Virus record (IMG/VR): IMGVR_UViG_3300017912_003172
Location: 1 to 41,951 of that record
Strand: one strand, 5' to 3'
Length of the DNA: 41,951 nucleotides
DNA from: a virus
Taxonomy: Duplodnaviria; Caudoviricetes
The stretch's first letter is position 1; the number at the start of each line of letters is the position of its first letter. This document shows, in pieces, positions 36,877-41,951 of this stretch. The notes under the pieces are model-generated. The model was not told the DNA's origin and searched no databases. It saw only the letters and a program-made list of their open reading frames with translations. The position numbers and the translations under genes were made by a program.

Positions 36877-38449
36877 CACATATAATGGCAATATCTCTGT
36901 CAAAAGAGATGGTGCTGTTCAAGAATACACTCAACGTGATGTTGATGAATATATCAAATGTAGCAAAGATCCAACATACTTTGCTATCAATTACTGTAAG
37001 GTTATAAATCTTGATCAAGGACTTGTTCCATTCGACTTATATCCGTATCAGAAAGAAATGTTCCAACATTTCAATAGCAATCGGTTTAGTATTGTTCTTG
37101 CATGCCGTCAATCTGGTAAGTCTATAAGTTCAGTTGCATATCTACTTTGGTATGCAATATTCCATCCAGATCAAACTATTGCTGTTCTAGCTAACAAAGG
37201 TGCAACTGCACAAGAGATGTTAGGTAGGATTACTCTAATGTTAGAGAATCTTCCGTTCTTCTTACAGCCAGGAACAAAAGCTCTTAACAAAAGATCGATT
37301 GAGTTTAGTAATAACTCTCGTATTGTATCAGCTGCTACATCCGGATCATCAATTCGTGGTATGTCTGTTAACTTGCTTTACTTGGACGAGTTTGCATTTG
37401 TTGAAGATGCTGCAACATTCTATACATCAACATATCCTGTTATTGCATCAGGTAAAAACACAAAAGTTATAATTACCTCTACAGCCAACGGTATTGGTAA
37501 TATGTTTCATAAGTTGTGGGAAGGAGCAGTTCAAGGTGTTAACGAATATAAAGGCTTTCGTGTGGACTGGTGGGATGTTCCTGGCAGAGACGAAGAATGG
37601 AAAGCCGAAACGGTCGCTAACACTTCAGCATTGCAGTTTGATCAAGAGTTTGGTAACACTTTCTTCGGGACGGGAGATACACTTATTGACGGTCAAACGC
37701 TTCTCACGTTACGTGCCAAAGCGCCGATCCGTATCCTTGAAGGTGGTGACTTAAAGATATATAAAGAACCTATTAAGGATCATTTCTATATTACAGCAGT
37801 TGATGTAGCAAAAGGTGTTGGTGGAGATTATTCAACGTTTAGTATAATTGATACATCTACAGTACCATTTGAACAAGTTGCTGTTTATAGAAACAACAGA
37901 ATATCTCCAATACTATTTCCAAATGTAATTGCAAAGACGTGCAAAGCATATAATAATTCTTATGTTGTGGTGGAAAATAATGATCAGGGTAACTTAGTTT
38001 GCCATGGTTTATATTATGAACTCGAATATGAAAACTTACACGTAGAATCATTAATCAAGTCTACCGGACTTGGAATTACAATGAATCGTAAAGTAAAACG
38101 TCTAGGTTGTTCTGGATTTAAAGACATACTTGAGAATGGTAAGCTAGATGTTGTTGATGAACAAACAATACTTGAGATATCTACATTTGTTGCTAAAGGT
38201 CAGTCATATGAAGCTTCAGATGGAAATCACGATGATCTTGTAATGAACTTAGTAATGTTTGGTTACTTTGCAGGATCTCAACAGTTTGGTGATTTAACAG
38301 ACATTGATTTAAAGACAATGTTATTTGAACAAAAAGTAAAGGATATTGATGATGATCTTCCACCTTTCGGATTTATGGATGATGGGTTGGATGACCAAAC
38401 ATTTGAGGAAGGTAAGCCGTGGGCCATTGAATATGCGCCAGATATTTAA
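36869..38449 (+). CDS. gp17: Terminase large subunit gp17
   Basis: Walker A RQSGKS, Walker B LLYLDEFAF, ITSTANG, nuclease motifs DVAKGVGGDYS and HDDLVM. Confidence 0.96.
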   Translation: MNDTYNGNISVKRDGAVQEYTQRDVDEYIKCSKDPTYFAINYCKVINLDQGLVPFDLYPYQKEMFQHFNSNRFSIVLACRQSGKSISSVAYLLWYAIFHPDQTIAVLANKGATAQEMLGRITLMLENLPFFLQPGTKALNKRSIEFSNNSRIVSAATSGSSIRGMSVNLLYLDEFAFVEDAATFYTSTYPVIASGKNTKVIITSTANGIGNMFHKLWEGAVQGVNEYKGFRVDWWDVPGRDEEWKAETVANTSALQFDQEFGNTFFGTGDTLIDGQTLLTLRAKAPIRILEGGDLKIYKEPIKDHFYITAVDVAKGVGGDYSTFSIIDTSTVPFEQVAVYRNNRISPILFPNVIAKTCKAYNNSYVVVENNDQGNLVCHGLYYELEYENLHVESLIKSTGLGITMNRKVKRLGCSGFKDILENGKLDVVDEQTILEISTFVAKGQSYEASDGNHDDLVMNLVMFGYFAGSQQFGDLTDIDLKTMLFEQKVKDIDDDLPPFGFMDDGLDDQTFEEGKPWAIEYAPDI

Positions 38450-38452
38450 AAT

Positions 38453-38460
38453 TATAAATA
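38453..38460 (+). promoter_or_regulatory. T4-type late promoter TATAAATA
   Basis: Exact consensus upstream of gp18. Confidence 0.85.
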
Positions 38461-38526
38461 AACATAATTGATTCCCACCGTATTATGGACACGCTTATTA
38501 TAAATTAACCTCGAGAGGAAAGAAAA

Positions 38527-40269
38527 ATGGCATTTTCAGAATCTCCAGCAATTACGGTAAGAGAAATTGATGCATCTGGCGTTGTGCCAGCAGTTTCCTC
38601 TTCAACCGGTGCTTTTGCTGGTAATTTCAGATGGGGCCCAGTCGAACAAGCAACATTGGTTTCTAATGAAGCTGATCTGGTTGCAAAGTTTGGTGCACCT
38701 GCTGAAACGCAGACTGTGGACTTCCACACTGCATCGTACTTCTTAAAGTACACAAATGCTCTACAAGTTGTACGCGTTCTTGGTGACGCGGGTGAAGCAA
38801 CAGGAGGCTACAATGCATATAGCCACGATGAAGCTGCATCAGGACTTAATGCTAGAGTAAAAACATTAGATGATTTCGAAAACGGAATTAACGGTTTTGA
38901 TTCAGATAATCACACATTCATGGCACGTTGGCCCGGTGAGCTAGGTAATAGCTTGTCCATCTCTATGTGCCCACAAGACATTGGCGACAGCGCATTTGGC
39001 ACATGGGCTTACAGAAACAGCTTCGATGCTGCTCCAGGCACTTCTGTTCACGCAGAAGCCGCAGGTGCGGTAAACGATGAAGTTCATGTAGCTGTTGTTG
39101 ATGCAGGTGGTGCTTTCACAGGAACAGCAGGGACTGTTCTAGAAGTATTCCCATTTGTATCAGTTGCATCAGATGCTAAAACAGCCGATGGTTCTTCAAA
39201 CTACATTAAAGATGTTATCAACAGAACATCTCAGTACATTTGGAACCCTGGGTTTGACTCAGATTTTACAGTTGCAAATGCTGGTACACCAGCAACATCA
39301 GGTAAAGACTATCAATTGTCAGCTGGTGTACGCGATGTAAAAACGTTTGCACTTGATTCAGGTTCAGATGCTACAGTGATGGATGTAGGTGACTACATGA
39401 GTGGGTTCGACAAATTTGAAGATAAAGATCAAATTCAAGTTGACTTCCTTATCACTCCTGCAATGAATAGTAAGTCAGATGCAGTAACAATTACTAACGA
39501 TCTAGTAAGTATCGCTCAAGGTACTCGTAAGGATTGTGTTGTAGTTGCATCACCAAATAAATCTGCTGTGGTGGGTTCTAATACTCCTGTGACAGATACA
39601 TTGGCAACAACTGATGACTTCACAAGTTCATCATACCTTGTAGTTGATAACAACTATCTAAAAGTGTATGATAAATTTAATGACAAATTCATTAACATTC
39701 CAGCTGCTTCTTCAACAGCAGGTATCATGGCTGCTACAGATGTAAATGCTGCTGCATGGTTCTCACCAGGTGGTCCTCGTAGAGGTCAATATCTAGGTGT
39801 AACAGGCATCGCATACTCACCTAACAAAGCAGAACGTGACCAGCTTTACAGAAAAGGTGTTAACCCAGTTGCAAACATTCCTGGCCAAGGTCTACTACTA
39901 TTTGGTGACAAAACCAAACTAGCAAGACCATCAGCATTCGATCGTATCAACGTTCGTCGTCTGTTCTTGGTTATCGAAAGAGCAATTGCACTAGCAGCTC
40001 GAAACGTAATGTTCGAGTTCAACGATGAATTTACTAGAGCCAACTTCGTTGGTGTAGTAGAGCCATTTTTGAGAGATGTACAAGGTCGTCGAGGTATCAC
40101 AGACTTTAGAGTTGTGTGTGACGAGACAAATAATACATCTGCGGTAATTGATAGAAACGAGTTTGTGGCTACAGTGTTAGTCAAACCAGCTCGCTCTATT
40201 AACTTTGTTACTCTGAACTTCGTTGCTGTGAGATCTGGTGTTGATTTCTCAGAAATCGCTGGCGTATAA
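38527..40269 (+). CDS. gp18: Tail sheath protein gp18
   Basis: SP.I.VREID, F.WGP, WFSPGG..RG, FGDKT......FDRINVRRLF, FEFND.FTR, KPARSINF..LNFVA. Confidence 0.96.
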   Translation: MAFSESPAITVREIDASGVVPAVSSSTGAFAGNFRWGPVEQATLVSNEADLVAKFGAPAETQTVDFHTASYFLKYTNALQVVRVLGDAGEATGGYNAYSHDEAASGLNARVKTLDDFENGINGFDSDNHTFMARWPGELGNSLSISMCPQDIGDSAFGTWAYRNSFDAAPGTSVHAEAAGAVNDEVHVAVVDAGGAFTGTAGTVLEVFPFVSVASDAKTADGSSNYIKDVINRTSQYIWNPGFDSDFTVANAGTPATSGKDYQLSAGVRDVKTFALDSGSDATVMDVGDYMSGFDKFEDKDQIQVDFLITPAMNSKSDAVTITNDLVSIAQGTRKDCVVVASPNKSAVVGSNTPVTDTLATTDDFTSSSYLVVDNNYLKVYDKFNDKFINIPAASSTAGIMAATDVNAAAWFSPGGPRRGQYLGVTGIAYSPNKAERDQLYRKGVNPVANIPGQGLLLFGDKTKLARPSAFDRINVRRLFLVIERAIALAARNVMFEFNDEFTRANFVGVVEPFLRDVQGRRGITDFRVVCDETNNTSAVIDRNEFVATVLVKPARSINFVTLNFVAVRSGVDFSEIAGV

Positions 40270-40280
40270 GGAGATAACAG

Positions 40281-40808
40281 ATGGCTATTCTAGGCGTAGA
40301 TTTCTTTAAAGCAAAAATGGCTGGTGGCGGTGCACGCCCCAACCTATTCCAAGTAACTCTCAACTATCCAAGTTTTGTTGCTGGTAATACTGAGCAAGCA
40401 GCCTTTATGGTTCGTGCAGCTTCATTGCCAGGTTCAACAATTCCAGAAATGATTGTACCATTTCGTGGACGTCAATTAAAGGTCGCTGGCGATCGTACAT
40501 TTGAGCCATGGTCAACAACAATCATTAATGATGTGGACTTCCAGATTCGTGACAATATCGAAGAATGGATGAACGGCATGAATGAGCACAGAAACAATAC
40601 TGGTCTCACCAATGTTGCAGATTACACAGCTAACTTGAAAGTTGAACAGTTAGATAAGGCAGGGGTTGTTATCAAAACATATACATTTGTTGATGCATTC
40701 CCAACAGTACTCTCACCAATTGATCTTGCATATGATGCAAATGATCAGATTGAAGAGTTTGTTTGTGATTGGTCTTATCAGTATTGGACTTCCAATACAA
40801 CTTCATAA
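40281..40808 (+). CDS. gp19: Tail tube protein gp19
   Basis: GGARPNLF.V, LPGS......VPFRGR.LK.AGDRTFE.W, IEEF...W.YQYW. Confidence 0.96.
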   Translation: MAILGVDFFKAKMAGGGARPNLFQVTLNYPSFVAGNTEQAAFMVRAASLPGSTIPEMIVPFRGRQLKVAGDRTFEPWSTTIINDVDFQIRDNIEEWMNGMNEHRNNTGLTNVADYTANLKVEQLDKAGVVIKTYTFVDAFPTVLSPIDLAYDANDQIEEFVCDWSYQYWTSNTTS

Positions 40809-40818
40809 ATACCTCCAC

Positions 40819-40846
40819 AGAGGGCGGCCCGCCTCGGTCGCCCTCT
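40819..40846 (+). terminator. GC-rich hairpin between gp19 and gp20 (terminator/attenuator or mRNA-stabilising stem)
   Basis: AGAGGGCGGCC-cgcctc-GGTCGCCCTCT, an 11-bp stem with one G-U pair. The U-tract is weak. A CATAAATA late-promoter variant lies at 40804-40811. Confidence 0.65.
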
Positions 40847-40870
40847 CTTACTACATTCTAAGGAATTCCA

Positions 40871-41951
40871 ATGGCTGATAACAGTTTAAAATTATTTGGT
40901 TTTGAGATCCGTAGATCTCGCCAAGCAAGTGATAAGAAACAGCTACCTTCTATCGTACCGCCTGTCGATGATGATGGAGCAGGTTATGTTACTGCATCTG
41001 GTTCGCACTATGGCCAGTTCATCAACATGGATGGAGATGAATCAAAAGATAATCATCAGCTGATTATGAAGTATCGTGGTGTTGCAATGCATCCAGAAGT
41101 TGATGCTGCAATTGAAGATATTGTAAATGAATCTATCACAGGAAGTGAGATGGAATCGTCTGTCGAACTTAACTTGGATGAGATTGAAACAACTGATGCA
41201 ATAAAAGAGTCTATCAAAGAAGAGTTTGATGGATTGCTGTCTATGTTAAAGTTTAATGAAAATGGACATGATATGTTTAAGCGTTGGTACATCGACGGAA
41301 GAATGTATCATCACTTAGTTGTTAACGAAGCAAACCTTAAAGCAGGTATTCAAGAAGTTCGTCCTATTGATGCCGCTAAGATTCGTAAAGTAAAAGAAGT
41401 TAAAAAGAAAAAAGATCCAGTAACTGGAGCATCTCTTGTTGAAAGTATTAAGGAATATTACATTTATCAAGATAAGCCAGGTGCTACTAACTCTTCTGGT
41501 ATTAAGATTTCAACTGATGCAATTAGTTATGTAACATCTGGTTTACTAAATCAAGATCGTAAAAAGGTTGTATCACACTTACATAAAGCATTGAAGCCAA
41601 TCAACCAATTGAGAATGATGGAAGACTCTTTGGTGATCTATCGTTTGGCGCGCGCACCTGAAAGACGTATTTTTTATATTGATGTTGGTAACTTACCTCG
41701 TGGTAAGTCTGAGCAATATATGAAAGACATTATGGCTCGTTATAGAAACAAACTAGTCTATGATGCAAATACTGGAGAGTTAAAAGATGATCGCAAACAT
41801 ATGTCGATGCTTGAAGATTTTTGGCTACCGCGTAGAGAAGGCGGTCGAGGCACAGAGATCTCTACCTTACCAGGAGGTGAAAACCTCGGACAAATTGATG
41901 ACATCGTATACTTCCAGAAACGTCTTTATAGAGCGCTTAACGTACCTATAA
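40871..41951 (+). CDS. gp20: Portal protein gp20 (3' end outside window)
   Basis: Not in the ORF track because it has no stop. Reads MADNSLKLFGFEI..., HPEVDAAIEDIVNE, WYIDGR, LHKALKPINQLRMMEDSLVIYRLARAPERRIFYIDVGNLP, EDFWLPRREGGRGTEISTLPGG. Confidence 0.96.
   Translation, partial: MADNSLKLFGFEIRRSRQASDKKQLPSIVPPVDDDGAGYVTASGSHYGQFINMDGDESKDNHQLIMKYRGVAMHPEVDAAIEDIVNESITGSEMESSVELNLDEIETTDAIKESIKEEFDGLLSMLKFNENGHDMFKRWYIDGRMYHHLVVNEANLKAGIQEVRPIDAAKIRKVKEVKKKKDPVTGASLVESIKEYYIYQDKPGATNSSGIKISTDAISYVTSGLLNQDRKKVVSHLHKALKPINQLRMMEDSLVIYRLARAPERRIFYIDVGNLPRGKSEQYMKDIMARYRNKLVYDANTGELKDDRKHMSMLEDFWLPRREGGRGTEISTLPGGENLGQIDDIVYFQKRLYRALNVPI

Noticed and set aside
36869-41951. Introns, inteins or homing endonucleases in terminase, sheath or portal
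   Set aside because: The ORFs are continuous and of ordinary length, with no intein or endonuclease motifs.
1-41951. Stop-codon reassignment, tRNA genes or other structured RNA genes
   Set aside because: Standard-code ORFs tile the window almost completely, all three stops are used, and no intergenic gap showed a tRNA-like sequence.

Overview
A 42 kb piece of an AT-rich T4-like myophage genome, probably marine. The hemO-pcyX pair suggests a non-cyanobacterial host, possibly alphaproteobacterial, but that is inference. The left part (1-24.8 kb) holds the end of an S8 protease, baseplate genes (gp9/10-like, gp8, VrlC-like), a glycosyltransferase, two very large fibre proteins and two paralogous Cys-rich tip-like proteins. 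The right part (34.1 kb to the end) is the canonical gp13-gp14-gp15-gp16-gp17-gp18-gp19-gp20 block. Between them lies a ~9.2 kb accessory island bracketed by two inward-facing sigma70-type promoters. Its + strand carries a GT9-like glycosyltransferase, a carbamoyltransferase, a 2OG-Fe(II) oxygenase and a methyltransferase. Its - strand carries an ADP-heptose pathway (hldC, cupin, half carbamoyltransferase, degenerate gmhB, hldA, hldD). A heme oxygenase-PcyX bilin cassette is nested antisense inside the heptose operon, behind a candidate T4 late promoter. The best candidate for an undescribed system is phage-encoded heptose/glycan modification of the virion: the 1696-aa fibre has about 51 Asp-Ser dipeptides against about 18 Ser-Asp, resembling a bacterial O-glycosylation sequon. 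All calls come from motif recognition and manual counts; no database searches were run.
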